Positions 63,247 to 64,000 of a stretch of 64,000 nt of DNA are shown here, in pieces. The notes under the pieces are model-generated. The model made no database searches, was not told the DNA's origin, and saw only the letters and a program-made list of their open reading frames with translations. The position numbers were made by a program, and so were the translations under genes. This DNA comes from the human T2T-CHM13v2.0 reference genome, Homo sapiens, in assembly GCF_009914755.1 (NCBI RefSeq), contig NC_060926.1; one strand, 5' to 3'. Every line of letters starts with the position of its first letter. Positions within the stretch are counted from its first letter, which is position 1.

Positions 63247-64000
63247 GAAGTAAATAGCAGTCCTGTGGTGTTTTAAAACACAAAGAATAAAAAAGAGATA
63301 ATAAAAAGGTAGAGGATATGAGAAATGAACTGAATTTGATAAATATTCAATGCAGCTTTTGGCAATTTTTAACATTCCTTACATCAAGATGATAAAAGTA
63401 ATAGTGTCTTTGTATTTGTTAAAAACAATAAATAAATAAATAAAGGAGAATAAGAGACTCACAAAAAACTCATTCTCCTAAGAAAATTAAGAACAAAAGA
63501 TAATAGAAAAGAGTAGAAGCTTTTGTTCCAGAGATTCCTTTCTACTGCACTTCTTTTGTCACACAGAGTAAGTAGTTCTTATTTTGTTCTTTGTTATCTT
63601 TTGATTTTGTCTGTTATAATAATTGAAGTCCCTAAGGAATCGCAAGTTAGAGAAGCAAGAAAGTAGGTGGGAAGGGAAGGCAGAAAGGTGTTGCAGGACA
63701 GGAGGAGGAGTGAGTAAGAGGCAGTGTTAAGTGTCATATATCAAGTCAAGTTTACCTAGTCAGGTAGATAGAAAGAGAAAACTCAAATTCCCCCATATCT
63801 GAATTAAAAAAAAAAAAAAGAAGAAAATGAAGGAGAAAAGAAAAAAGAGAGGAGTAAAAGGGAAGACAAGAAGGAAAAAAAAGTTTGTTCAAAAACACTA
63901 GCATAGGAAATGCTATTTCTCAGGAAAATTAAAAGCATAATCCATAACAGTCTAATGGTAGGTACTTGAATTTCACTTTGAACATCATTATTTTTAGGCC

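Overview
Primate (almost certainly human) genomic DNA: AT-rich, repeat-dense and mostly intronic. The only protein-coding content is five minus-strand exons of an LDL-receptor-family gene: 61523-61392, 60074-59847, 50861-50687, 49853-49759 and 23568-23419. All have AG/GT boundaries and compatible phases, and they splice into one open frame encoding an EGF-like repeat followed by a YWTD beta-propeller. The peptide is LRP1-like but not identical, and with the very large introns this identifies LRP1B (exons ~28-32; numbering recalled, not verified). The rest is Alu, L1, L2/MIR, LTR and DNA-transposon sequence, and nearly all other listed ORFs are repeat-derived or chance. I found no evidence of a novel gene system. 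The most interesting signals are structural: (1) two exons (360 nt, stop-free if circularised) bracketed by inverted Alus each 262 nt away; (2) an L1PA element collapsed to ~640 bp by a microhomology-joined internal deletion; (3) a nested MLT2>MER6>L1>(MER8, AluY) stack; (4) a three-armed AluY; (5) an antisense MLT2A1 LTR beside an exon. Repeat family names come from remembered consensus sequences, and their boundaries are approximate unless a TSD is quoted.
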